Sequence record: MT446420.1
Direction: 5' to 3' (one strand)
Source: Escherichia virus TH54
DNA length: 64,000 bases
Part shown: in pieces, positions 9,772 through 18,627 of the stretch
How positions within the stretch are numbered: position 1 is the stretch's first letter
Layout: every line of letters begins with the position of its first letter
Notes under the pieces: generated by a model
Told to the model about the DNA's origin: nothing
The model's database searches: none
Seen by the model: the letters and a program-made list of their open reading frames with translations, nothing else
Position numbers and translations under genes: made by a program

Positions 9772-10289
9772 TAATAACCTCGGTCTTGACGAGCGAAGTT
9801 TTCAGCATTTTTCAGATAATAAAGTTTAAAGATTTCTTCTGCTGACAGACCAAGACCATGGAACATGTTCAGAACAAAGTGCAGGATGTCAATCATCTCA
9901 AATTTAATTTCGAGCTGGTCTTCAGGAGACAACTCATCAATACGACGATTACGGAATTCAGCATGTTGGGCTTTCCAAGGCTTCCATACACTAGATGCAG
10001 CTTTCTCGCCATTAGACATACCACCGAGAGAAGTTAGAAGTTCACGGAATTCATCATCAACATAATCTTTCTGGTTACGAAGCCATGCAACAACATCGCC
10101 GGCGGTAGCCAATTCGTCTGGATGTGAGTTGTATTCTGGTTTTTCAGTAGCCAAACGGACCTGCAATGATTTCTGCATATCAAGCATAATCTGCAGCGGG
10201 TCAGTGCCTTCGATAATTGCATTGTCATAAGCTTCTTCAGCTTTATCAACGCCAGCAATCAGTTGGGAACACTCGTTAAAATGAGCCAT
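9771..10289 (-). CDS. 56: dCTP pyrophosphatase (MazG-like)
   Basis: Resembles T4 gp56 (MAHFNEC...DRGY); start set at ATG 10287-10289 after AAGGAAAAA. Confidence 0.85.
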   Translation of the reverse strand: MAHFNECSQLIAGVDKAEEAYDNAIIEGTDPLQIMLDMQKSLQVRLATEKPEYNSHPDELATAGDVVAWLRNQKDYVDDEFRELLTSLGGMSNGEKAASSVWKPWKAQHAEFRNRRIDELSPEDQLEIKFEMIDILHFVLNMFHGLGLSAEEIFKLYYLKNAENFARQDRGY

Positions 10290-10373
10290 TATATTTTTCC
10301 TTATCAATTCATGTTGTTTGTATGTTAATTATATCGTATTGGTTTGAAGCATAAATACAAGAAAGGAGGATAT

Positions 10374-10571
10374 ATGCTAAAACTATCTAGTCTAATTCAA
10401 GCCATCAAAGGCAGTCGTAAGCGAACGATTCTGGTCCTTTCGATACTCTGTTTAGTTCTACTCTGGAACTTTATTGTTGCCCCTGTTGCATTGGCACATG
10501 GTGTTATATTGCCAGTCGTCGCACTCGAATCAGTTGTAGATGTTTCACTGGCATTAATCGGCCTTATATAG
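10374..10571 (+). CDS. small hydrophobic membrane protein
   Basis: Plus-strand ORF with AAAGGAGGA Shine-Dalgarno before ATG; two predicted TM segments; lies in the 56-61 gap. Confidence 0.4.
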   Translation: MLKLSSLIQAIKGSRKRTILVLSILCLVLLWNFIVAPVALAHGVILPVVALESVVDVSLALIGLI

Positions 10572-10679
10572 GTGGAACTTACTGGTTATGCCTATCGCTG
10601 CATCACAAGGGGTACACTTACCTCAGGTCACAATGGAACATATCCATTCCATCATCGGTTACTTTACCGGAATCCCTTC

Positions 10680-11708
10680 CTAAACTTTTGCGTACTTCGA
10701 AAGTCGCATTCTCGCCATCAGCCCTTGAGCAACGTTATCGGCCATATATGATTCGATTTGTTCAGGGGTTGCACCCTCCGATTTAACCATCTCATTTATG
10801 TCTTTAGTATGCCATGGTGCATTGTCCCAGAACATAACAGCTTCGCCAGCTTCAACGAGTTTCTTCATACGTTTAATCGTATCCGGATGTCTTGGCTCGT
10901 TGTCCATTACCCATACTCGGGTTTCAGCATAAGGAACGGCTTCCAATGCTAATGTTCCACCGGTTATCGCAATGCTGTTAGGGATAAACAAACTATCAAT
11001 CGGACCTTCCATTACCCACACGCGCTTGCGCTCATCAATCTTGTCTACGCCATAGACTTTGGAAGCTTCTGGGTGAGCTTTGATTGTGATATATTTTTGT
11101 GGTGCATCTTTGCGAAGAGCTCGTCCTTGGAAAGATTCGATTTCTTTTTTGCCGTTGAAGATAGGAATAACCAAGCGTGGTTCATTCGTTTCATTCTTAT
11201 ACGTCCCAGGATTAACGGAGTTAACTAATGCAGGCCATTTGTTTGTAAACCATAACCGGTTCCAAACATTGCTCGGAATACACCGACTTTTAACATACTT
11301 AACTATCGGATGCGCTTCTGGTAAAGTATCGATTCTTTCGCAAAAAGCAAGCTCTTCAATAACCGGAGTTTTTTCTGGTTCTTTCGGAGTTTCTGCAACT
11401 TCATTACGTTGTCGACCGAAGGCATTTTCCTTGTACTTCTCAACCATATATTCCCGGTGCAAATCCGGCTCAAACTCTTTTATGTATTTGCTTATATGCG
11501 TGGAGTAGTCACAGTTAAAACATTTCACGTAAACCGCACCATCAGACGGATTGGTATACGCCCAGAATCGAGCCTTATGTGAATCTTTCTGGGAGTCCCC
11601 GCAAACCTTACAACGACAGTTTGCTTTAAATGTGCTCCCGGTGACTTCTCTATAACGTGGTTGATACGATAAAGCTCTGACTGCAAATTCTTTATCAATA
11701 TATGACAT
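10680..11708 (-). CDS. 61: DNA primase
   Basis: 342 aa; N-terminal Cys4 zinc ribbon; resemblance to T4 gp61. Confidence 0.9.
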   Translation of the reverse strand: MSYIDKEFAVRALSYQPRYREVTGSTFKANCRCKVCGDSQKDSHKARFWAYTNPSDGAVYVKCFNCDYSTHISKYIKEFEPDLHREYMVEKYKENAFGRQRNEVAETPKEPEKTPVIEELAFCERIDTLPEAHPIVKYVKSRCIPSNVWNRLWFTNKWPALVNSVNPGTYKNETNEPRLVIPIFNGKKEIESFQGRALRKDAPQKYITIKAHPEASKVYGVDKIDERKRVWVMEGPIDSLFIPNSIAITGGTLALEAVPYAETRVWVMDNEPRHPDTIKRMKKLVEAGEAVMFWDNAPWHTKDINEMVKSEGATPEQIESYMADNVAQGLMARMRLSKYAKV

Positions 11709-11729
11709 AGTTTCCTCATTTCAATGGCC

Positions 11730-11898
11730 CCGAAGGACCATTATACTGTAGGTTTATCGTCTTTATTCTTACGCTTTTTTGATGGGATTTGTTCAGGGCC
11801 TTTATTGACAACTGCTCCGGAAGTGGTACCTGTTGCGATATTAGTTGGGTTTCCACCTGCATCACCGGCAACCATATCTTCGTTGATAAAATCTTTGA
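11730..11898 (-). CDS. small hypothetical protein with internal-protein-like N-terminus
   Basis: Hand translation MKTFKDFINEDMVAGD...; not in track (under 60 aa). Confidence 0.3.
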
Positions 11899-11927
11899 AT
11901 GTTTTCATAACACCCCCTTTCCGCTAT

Positions 11928-12119
11928 TTATACAACGAAGATAGCTTTATCACCATTTGCATCAGTCACTTCATAAGTGTCTTCATGATACAACGGAATA
12001 ATCCAGGTAACACCATCATCAGCGATAACATGGATTGCTTCTTGGTCTTGCGACACGATTTCATATTCTTCAAAAATCTGGAAGACCGAAATCTTAGAGC
12101 CCGTACACATTGCACTCAT
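11928..12119 (-). CDS. hypothetical protein
   Basis: 63 aa acidic ORF. Confidence 0.35.
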   Translation of the reverse strand: MSAMCTGSKISVFQIFEEYEIVSQDQEAIHVIADDGVTWIIPLYHEDTYEVTDANGDKAIFVV

Positions 12120-12315
12120 ATTGTTCCCTTCTTTTAATCAATTGACGATGTGCCTTTTTAAGCTTACGAATCTGACGTTTAGTCGGTCGCGCAACGTAAG
12201 CTTGTGTAGTTACTCGTCCAAAAACACCATACTTAGGCGAAGGAGTATCAATAAAGACTTCCCACTGGCAAGAGTAACTATATATTGCTTTAGAGAATTG
12301 GGTCAAAACAAACAT
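12094..12315 (-). CDS. hypothetical basic protein
   Basis: 73 aa. Confidence 0.35.
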   Translation of the reverse strand: MFVLTQFSKAIYSYSCQWEVFIDTPSPKYGVFGRVTTQAYVARPTKRQIRKLKKAHRQLIKRREQYECNVYGL

Positions 12316-12316
12316 A

Positions 12317-12676
12317 TTAACCTCGCTTCATGAAGGCATTAAAAATCTGGTCATCAATATCAGTAGGCAGTTCTTGAGCTTTAACCCAAGCCCCTTCCAG
12401 AATGTCATTTGCTTCAGTAGATATCATGACCCCAATTTCAGGGTTTCCGGTTATCCATGCTGCACAATCGCGTACATTCTTTTTATCAAATGGATAGCCA
12501 CGAGTATCTTCATAAGGTCCACTCATTACCATAAATGAGCGAGCCTTTATGATAACATCATCTTTAACGATAATATAACCAATCGCCTGATTAAACCGAG
12601 GCTCACGAAATTCATAACGGGCATTACCATTATTATTGCTCACCAGTTCAAAATTCAGAAAATTATAATAACTCAT
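12317..12676 (-). CDS. hypothetical protein, paralog pair member (C-terminal DDQIFNAFMKR)
   Basis: 119 aa; last 11 aa and the underlying DNA nearly identical to the next gene. Confidence 0.5.
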   Translation of the reverse strand: MSYYNFLNFELVSNNNGNARYEFREPRFNQAIGYIIVKDDVIIKARSFMVMSGPYEDTRGYPFDKKNVRDCAAWITGNPEIGVMISTEANDILEGAWVKAQELPTDIDDQIFNAFMKRG

Positions 12677-12677
12677 A

Positions 12678-13118
12678 TTAATCTCGCTTCATGAAGGCAT
12701 TAAAAATTTGGTCGTCAACTGAATATACAGGGGTTTCCAGAAGTTTCAAAAGACTGTTTTTAATGTACTTACCCGGGATACCCATATTAACAATACTGTC
12801 ATTCAATTCATTATCAGGGTTGATGTCTTTAAATTCAAACCCATCAAATTCAACCTTGTCAGGAATACCATCAGCGAAAAAATAAACCAATTGGTGCATT
12901 GTATTGCGCGAAAATAATTTAGACTTGACCGCAATAAGTTCTTGCCAATGGTTTAATTCTTTGTTAAGAAGTTTATGAGCAAACGTAATTCTATTATCAC
13001 TATCAACAAGAAAATAACCCAGGTATTGAATGGGTTCGTCGCTCCAAAACATCCTGTATGCTTGTGCATTTTGATTTTTACAACGAAGTTTTTTGATAAC
13101 TAAATTTCTGTTAATCAT
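12678..13118 (-). CDS. hypothetical protein, paralog pair member (C-terminal DDQIFNAFMKR)
   Basis: Track ORF trimmed to ATG 13116-13118 immediately after the spackle stop. Confidence 0.5.
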   Translation of the reverse strand: MINRNLVIKKLRCKNQNAQAYRMFWSDEPIQYLGYFLVDSDNRITFAHKLLNKELNHWQELIAVKSKLFSRNTMHQLVYFFADGIPDKVEFDGFEFKDINPDNELNDSIVNMGIPGKYIKNSLLKLLETPVYSVDDQIFNAFMKRD

Positions 13119-13119
13119 T

Positions 13120-13413
13120 TTATTCACCTGTAACCCATTGAACAATCTTGCTGTTGTCAAATGAAGCATCGCAATACAGAACATAGTTATACTGCATAAC
13201 GTCACCAGAAGCCAGTTGGTCAGATACTTCTTTAACCATATCTGGGCGGTCACGTTTAGTAATATTCATGATATCAGCATAAATCTGATGTTCAACATCA
13301 GTCTGGTCAGCAGTCATAGACCACTCACAAAGGTCTTTATCAAGTCCAGCGGTTACAGGAGCTGTACCACATGATGCTACGGTAAGAATTGCCGCGATTA
13401 ATAACTTTTTCAT
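13120..13413 (-). CDS. sp: spackle periplasmic protein
   Basis: 97 aa with signal peptide; DKDLCEWSMTADQT...MQYNYVLYCD resembles T4 Sp. Confidence 0.8.
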   Translation of the reverse strand: MKKLLIAAILTVASCGTAPVTAGLDKDLCEWSMTADQTDVEHQIYADIMNITKRDRPDMVKEVSDQLASGDVMQYNYVLYCDASFDNSKIVQWVTGE

Positions 13414-13440
13414 TTCAATCTCCTCAGTAGTTGATAGGGA

Positions 13441-13471
13441 TAATATACTGCATTATCCCTTTGTTGTACAC
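13441..13471 (-). promoter_or_regulatory. early-type sigma70 promoter
   Basis: Reverse complement GTGTACA-N16-GTATATTAT then CCCTATCAACTACTGAGGAG leader. Confidence 0.45.
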
Positions 13472-13813
13472 TTATTTTTCACCTTCAACTGAAAAACCGG
13501 TCAAGTTGTAATATTCAGCACGTGCAATATGAAGAGCTGCTTCAATATCAGTAAGGCAGATTTCTTCATTTAACAGTTGCGCTTCAACGGTCAAAATCAG
13601 ATTACGCAATGCGGTACCCTTACGCATGTCTACTTTATGAATTAGCTTGTCATCAACAAAAGCTTCAACAAGTGCATTATAGTTATCAGCAGTCTTCTGA
13701 ACATACCAGTGAATACCTGCGGGATGGAACATACTTGAGCGCTCAAAAGATGGAACGCCAACAGCACTCACTTTGATTGTTACTTTTACGCGGTCTTCTG
13801 GATTAAAAGCCAT
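13472..13813 (-). CDS. Dmd-like paralog
   Basis: 113 aa; segment ADNYNALVEAFVDDKLIHKVDMRKG parallels the Dmd core of the adjacent gene. Confidence 0.5.
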   Translation of the reverse strand: MAFNPEDRVKVTIKVSAVGVPSFERSSMFHPAGIHWYVQKTADNYNALVEAFVDDKLIHKVDMRKGTALRNLILTVEAQLLNEEICLTDIEAALHIARAEYYNLTGFSVEGEK

Positions 13814-14026
13814 TTAGATTTCCTCAGATAAGTGGATACGATAATCACATTCAAAAACTTTATTGTCATTAACAAAGGCTTTCACCAGCGCATTATTCAC
13901 CTCTGCATACTGCACCGTAACCCATTCAATCATTTTTTGGTCACTAACATCCAGCGCGGTTTCTTTGGTAAACATATTACCATTTTCAAACCAACCAATA
14001 AACACTACGTTCTCTAATTTATACAT
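13814..14026 (-). CDS. dmd: Dmd antitoxin
   Basis: 70 aa; VVFIGWFENGNMFTKE...VQYAEVNNALVKAFVNDNKVFECD resembles T4 Dmd. Confidence 0.8.
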   Translation of the reverse strand: MYKLENVVFIGWFENGNMFTKETALDVSDQKMIEWVTVQYAEVNNALVKAFVNDNKVFECDYRIHLSEEI

Positions 14027-14344
14027 TTAGATTTCCTCACAAAACGCCCAGTCTGCGTGATAAACTGTTGCGCCTTTAGTATCATTTAAACAAACCACGT
14101 CAACAGGTGCAATCACACGATAAAGACGGGGTTCTCCTCCATACGAGCGAGCTGCTCTTCCTGCATAGATACGCGCCAAACCAATATCTTCAGTAAAAAA
14201 CACACGCCCTAAATTTTTCTTACGCCCAACTTCTGACAGAACACCAGTTGCATCAGGAGGGCAAAGCATATTTTGGATTCCAGCATTAGAGCTTGAGCCA
14301 TGGTAATAAACTTTGTATTCTGCCTTGCAATCAATGGTTTTCAT
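14027..14344 (-). CDS. hypothetical protein
   Basis: 105 aa; YYHGSSS and GRAARSYGGEPRLY motifs; no confident family call. Confidence 0.5.
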   Translation of the reverse strand: MKTIDCKAEYKVYYHGSSSNAGIQNMLCPPDATGVLSEVGRKKNLGRVFFTEDIGLARIYAGRAARSYGGEPRLYRVIAPVDVVCLNDTKGATVYHADWAFCEEI

Positions 14345-14370
14345 TTTATTCTCCAGTAGTTGATAGGTCT

Positions 14371-14399
14371 ATAATAACACAACTAACGGAGAAGTAAAC
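14371..14399 (-). promoter_or_regulatory. early-type sigma70 promoter
   Basis: Reverse complement GTTTACT-N15-TATTAT then CCTATCAACTACTGGAGA leader. Confidence 0.45.
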
Positions 14400-14403
14400 T
14401 GTT

Positions 14404-14781
14404 TTAGAGATGATTGCAATAAGCAGTCCATTCAACATGGACCTTTTCACCATTAAAATCAAAAGCGATAATACGAGCGGCTTCATCTACATACTTATAC
14501 ATGTGATGGAAACTAACAGGAATATATTCACCTTTTCGGCAAACCATGATTTTATCGCCTTTAAACAAGGCTAAGTCATCATAAATCTCTTTAAGGCCGA
14601 TGAAATCGATTTCACGACCACGTCTGCCTTCAATCTGGATAATAGCTTTACCTGGGTAAAAATCGTAGGCGATTGGTACATTAGCTCGTGGAGCCAGGAT
14701 AACGAATTCAATTGCATTTTCAGAGAATTCTACATTTACGGATTCAGTGATTGCTTTAACGATGGCTTGTGAAAAGTTCAT
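14404..14781 (-). CDS. hypothetical protein
   Basis: 125 aa; own promoter upstream. Confidence 0.5.
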   Translation of the reverse strand: MNFSQAIVKAITESVNVEFSENAIEFVILAPRANVPIAYDFYPGKAIIQIEGRRGREIDFIGLKEIYDDLALFKGDKIMVCRKGEYIPVSFHHMYKYVDEAARIIAFDFNGEKVHVEWTAYCNHL

Positions 14782-14820
14782 AATAATTTCCTCTTAGTGC
14801 GTATTTGATTTACAAGGTCC

Positions 14821-14850
14821 ATAGTACCACGCCCATGTGGTAGTGTAAAC
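14821..14850 (-). promoter_or_regulatory. early-type sigma70 promoter
   Basis: Reverse complement GTTTACA-N17-TACTAT. Confidence 0.45.
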
Positions 14851-14925
14851 ACTTATTGTAAGCGAATATCTTTAACCTTACCTACAGTTTCACAATTATC
14901 ATGCCTACAGGAGATGTAAACCCCT

Positions 14926-14951
14926 AAAAACAAAAAAGGAGCCAAAGCTCC
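14926..14951 (-). terminator. rho-independent terminator after gene 41
   Basis: Hairpin GGAGCUUUGGCUCC directly after the stop codon, followed by UUUUUUGUUUUU. Confidence 0.6.
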
Positions 14952-16391
14952 TTAAAATTTGATAGATGCTGCTAAATCGTCCAAATCGCTTCTATTAACA
15001 CGCGTCTGACGATTGACCTCGGCTTGACGATTCATCTCACCGGTGGCTTCTTTAACCGTAGGACCTTGTTTAGGAGCTGAATCATCATCAACCTCGTACC
15101 AGCGCTGATTACCTTTCTTAACACCCATCTTGAATTTATTATAGTAGTTTTTATCGCCATAACGAGACTTAAGTTGTTTGATTAACTGCAGCCCCATTTG
15201 AGCGAATTCTTCGGTCTCAACAACACCCAACATAAAGTCAGCCGTGTGAGCAATACCAAAGGATTCTGCGATGTCAGCCATATCAATCTCAGCTGCAACG
15301 TTCGCGCCCCTGGTTGTCTGCGCTGCAGTCCACAGGACTACATTTTTCTCGACCGCCAGACCGCGAAGTTCTTCTGCGACCATCTTAATCAGGCCGTAAC
15401 TGTTTTCGGTAAACGTTTTCAGTCTTGAGCTTGCACAGATTGCCAGGTAGTCAACAATAATCACATCTGGCACAAACCCTTGCTTCAGCTTGTACTCGTT
15501 CAGTAATGCACGGAAGGTATCCGCATGAGCACCACCGGTTGGATATTGTTTTATCTTCAGAGTCCCGAGAGTCCCGGAAGCTCGCCATTTTTCCATCTTA
15601 CTTTTGTATTCTGCCCATGACATATGACCTTCATCAATATCATCCAGAGATACATCCAGCAAGTTGGCATCAATACGTTTGGCACATACTTCTTCGGCCA
15701 TTTCCATGCTTATATAAAGAACATTATGACCAGTCTGAAGATAGTCAGCAGCTAACGAACAAAGTCCAAGGGATTTACCGACGTTTGTCCCGGCCAGTAA
15801 AACGTTCTCTGTACCGTACTCAACCCCACCTTTCGTAATTTTATTCAGGATGTTAATACGGAACGGAACTTTCTTCGATTTGTTCAGATAAGTCTGGAAT
15901 CGAGCCTCGTAATCGTTTAACCAGTCATGGCCAAGGGCAGAATCAAAACAGATGGACAATGCATCACGCATGATGTCAGGGATAGCACCGATATCCGGGA
16001 TTCGTTTATCACGCTTATCTTTCGGAAGTTCGGCATTACTCTGGATTTCGATAATCCTGGATGTGGCATTGAACATCGCAGACTTCTGTACATACTTCTC
16101 GGTTTCTCTGACCAACCATTCCTGGTCTTCTGGAGTATCAACCAGAGCTCCTAAGAGTTTCTTTGTGCCTTCATATTCGACTTCAGAAAGGTCAGAACTA
16201 TCGAGCGCAATATCAAGTGCAGTCTTAGTTGGTACCGCTTGATATTCTTTTACGTGTTCGTTAATCGTATTAAAAAGGGTCTTTGCGGGACCCTTTTCAA
16301 AATATGTGTTATTCAGATATGGCCAGACTTTAACAAAATATTCCTTGTTAAAGAGTAGCTGGGATAAAATAGTTTCTACCACTTCCACCAC
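14952..16391 (-). CDS. 41: replicative DNA helicase (DnaB-like)
   Basis: 479 aa; Walker A GTNVGKS; strong resemblance to T4 gp41. Confidence 0.92.
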   Translation of the reverse strand: MVEVVETILSQLLFNKEYFVKVWPYLNNTYFEKGPAKTLFNTINEHVKEYQAVPTKTALDIALDSSDLSEVEYEGTKKLLGALVDTPEDQEWLVRETEKYVQKSAMFNATSRIIEIQSNAELPKDKRDKRIPDIGAIPDIMRDALSICFDSALGHDWLNDYEARFQTYLNKSKKVPFRINILNKITKGGVEYGTENVLLAGTNVGKSLGLCSLAADYLQTGHNVLYISMEMAEEVCAKRIDANLLDVSLDDIDEGHMSWAEYKSKMEKWRASGTLGTLKIKQYPTGGAHADTFRALLNEYKLKQGFVPDVIIVDYLAICASSRLKTFTENSYGLIKMVAEELRGLAVEKNVVLWTAAQTTRGANVAAEIDMADIAESFGIAHTADFMLGVVETEEFAQMGLQLIKQLKSRYGDKNYYNKFKMGVKKGNQRWYEVDDDSAPKQGPTVKEATGEMNRQAEVNRQTRVNRSDLDDLAASIKF

Positions 16392-16720
16392 CTCTTTTTC
16401 ATTTTAATCTTATCAATTTCATCTTGTATTTGCATTGTAACACACTTTTCTACATGCACTGCAAGCTCCGCTTTGCGGTCTTCAGAAGGGGTGCCGAAAT
16501 CAACTGAAACTTTTCCAGATGGTTCAATTTTAATTCCGGTTACGTACACGATGTGATTGGACCCATCAGGGAGTGATAACAGAATTTCCTGTCGCACAGT
16601 TCCCATGGATTGCCGGATAATCTCCAAACTTTTTTCGTAGTAAGGTACAGAAGGAGCCTTAGCTCCCTCCGCATCTTTCTCGAAATTATCTAAATCAGAT
16701 AAATCGATATCATTCATCAA
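16376..16720 (-). CDS. 40: gp40-like protein
   Basis: 114 aa between 41 and uvsX as in T4; size match. Confidence 0.6.
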   Translation of the reverse strand: MMNDIDLSDLDNFEKDAEGAKAPSVPYYEKSLEIIRQSMGTVRQEILLSLPDGSNHIVYVTGIKIEPSGKVSVDFGTPSEDRKAELAVHVEKCVTMQIQDEIDKIKMKKRWWKW

Positions 16721-17888
16721 GGTCTTCCATCATATCTAAATCGTTTTCGATATCTGCTGCAGATGGTTTTGCCTTACCTTCAGGAGCAGAGTATTTTTCA
16801 ACCTTGGAGGCAATAAGCGCATCAACTTCGGCATCAACAACAGCATTGCTATCAATTGCACCCAGCTGGTAATGACGTTTGATTGCGTCACGGAAAGGTT
16901 CGTGCTTGAACAACGGACCCCAGAATTCAGTACAGTTAGTATCTTTTGCACGCCATGATTTTTCTTCGCGGACCATTTCACCGGTCTCAACATCAAGATA
17001 TTCACGGTTATACCAACCAACTTTCGGTTTCACTACAAATCCGATTTCCATTGCCATATCAAGCAGGCCAGAATATGGGTCAATACCACCATCGAATTTT
17101 ACATCAATGAAGAATTTACTTTTCTCTTTGACCATACGAGATTTTTCGGCATTCAGAACAAATTGGAAACCTTCAAGTTCTTTACCAGTTTCTTTAATCT
17201 GGCGTTTGCCGATAATGAATACGGTGTCCGCAGAATACATAACACCTGTACCACCGGTCATAACGGTTTTGCTATACATCTCAATCGTCTCGATTGTATG
17301 GTTAACCGCGACACAAGGAATATCCTTGATACTAAAATATGGGGTAACAATACGGAACAGAGATTTCAGGGATTTAGCACGAGTCATATCGCCAACGACT
17401 TTTTCGTTCATCGCATCTTCTGTTTCTTTTTTTGACGCCATGTTACCGATTGAGTCAATAAAGATAATGACTTTTTCACCACGCTCAATTGCTTCAAGCT
17501 GGTTAACCATATCAACTTTCAATTGTTCAACCGACTGGATTGGTGTGTGGATAACACGCTCCGGGTCTACTTTCATTGCACGCAGATAGGCTTCTGTGAT
17601 ACCAAATTCTGAATCATAGAACAAACAGATTGCTTCGGGGTATTTGTTCATATATGCAGAGACCATCGTTAAACCCATATTGGATTTAAAGTGTTTTGAC
17701 GGACCAGCAAAAATAGTCAAACCTGACTGCATACCACCATCTAGTGCACCGCTGATTGCAATGTTCAGCATCGGGATTTTTGTACGAACTACATCTTTAT
17801 CATTAAAAAACTTGGACTTAGTAAGAGTCGCAGTCATTTTGGATGTAGAAGCTTTAATCAAACGGGATTTCAAATCTGCAATAGACAT
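16710..17888 (-). CDS. uvsX: RecA-like recombinase UvsX
   Basis: 392 aa; DLKSRLIKASTSK...GPSKHFKSN; strong resemblance to T4 UvsX. Confidence 0.92.
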   Translation of the reverse strand: MSIADLKSRLIKASTSKMTATLTKSKFFNDKDVVRTKIPMLNIAISGALDGGMQSGLTIFAGPSKHFKSNMGLTMVSAYMNKYPEAICLFYDSEFGITEAYLRAMKVDPERVIHTPIQSVEQLKVDMVNQLEAIERGEKVIIFIDSIGNMASKKETEDAMNEKVVGDMTRAKSLKSLFRIVTPYFSIKDIPCVAVNHTIETIEMYSKTVMTGGTGVMYSADTVFIIGKRQIKETGKELEGFQFVLNAEKSRMVKEKSKFFIDVKFDGGIDPYSGLLDMAMEIGFVVKPKVGWYNREYLDVETGEMVREEKSWRAKDTNCTEFWGPLFKHEPFRDAIKRHYQLGAIDSNAVVDAEVDALIASKVEKYSAPEGKAKPSAADIENDLDMMEDLDE

Positions 17889-17973
17889 TCATTTTTTCCA
17901 TAGGCACCATTATATTTTTCTCACAGGTTTAAGATAGGATAATTATATCACTGTATTTTTAGAGCAATTAATG

Positions 17974-18477
17974 TTAGTTAATACCTTGGCGGGCTTTCTC
18001 TTTAGCCACACATTTATTAATATAGCTCAGACGATTTTGAGCAGACCGCTGATACATATCGCGATACTCATTGGCTTTTGGAGAACCCGTCTCCGCTGCC
18101 TGATAAGCTTCCGCGCGTATGATGTTTATCTGCATATTGATGTATGACATGCAGACCTGTGAAATCTGGTTAACAGTATCCAAGTCATTTTGTCGCTTAG
18201 TTTCTGCTTCCAGCTTGGCAATGATTTCGTCATGCTTTGCAGCTTGCTCGCGTTTGTACTCAATTTCTTGTTGAGCATATTTTGCGCAGTTGTTTCCACA
18301 TTGATTGTTGTCGCGTTTGTAGATAAGTCCAGTACCACCTTTGAAATCAAAGGAACCATTATGCACCTGACGGTCTGCAGCAATTCGCGCTTTACCAATT
18401 TCACTGACATTAACTACATCGCCCTGGTAAGCACAACCAGATAGCAGCATAACAGCTGCGATAGCTAACTTTTTCAT
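17974..18477 (-). CDS. lipoprotein (signal peptide plus lipobox LLSGC)
   Basis: Start trimmed to ATG after GAGGAAAA (MKKLAIAAVMLLSGCAYQ); sits where T4 has beta-gt and 42. Confidence 0.6.
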   Translation of the reverse strand: MKKLAIAAVMLLSGCAYQGDVVNVSEIGKARIAADRQVHNGSFDFKGGTGLIYKRDNNQCGNNCAKYAQQEIEYKREQAAKHDEIIAKLEAETKRQNDLDTVNQISQVCMSYINMQINIIRAEAYQAAETGSPKANEYRDMYQRSAQNRLSYINKCVAKEKARQGIN

Positions 18478-18627
18478 TGTATTTTCCTCAATTAAAACAT
18501 TCATAGCGAGCTTGGAGCCCCAAAAATACCCAACCCAAAATTAAAGTTGGAATCATATGCGGAGTCATTATTGCCCAATAGATTGACATACTAAAAAATG
18601 CAATCAGTATAATAATTGTAATTATCT

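Noticed and set aside
14027-14344. Possible ADP-ribosyltransferase based on a YYHGSSS motif
   Set aside because: 105 aa is too short for a complete H-Y-E ART fold and no downstream catalytic Glu context is convincing; kept as hypothetical.
16879-17589. 236-aa plus-strand ORF
   Set aside because: Lies entirely antisense within uvsX, has no ribosome-binding site and a low-complexity Ser/Ile-rich translation; a shadow ORF.
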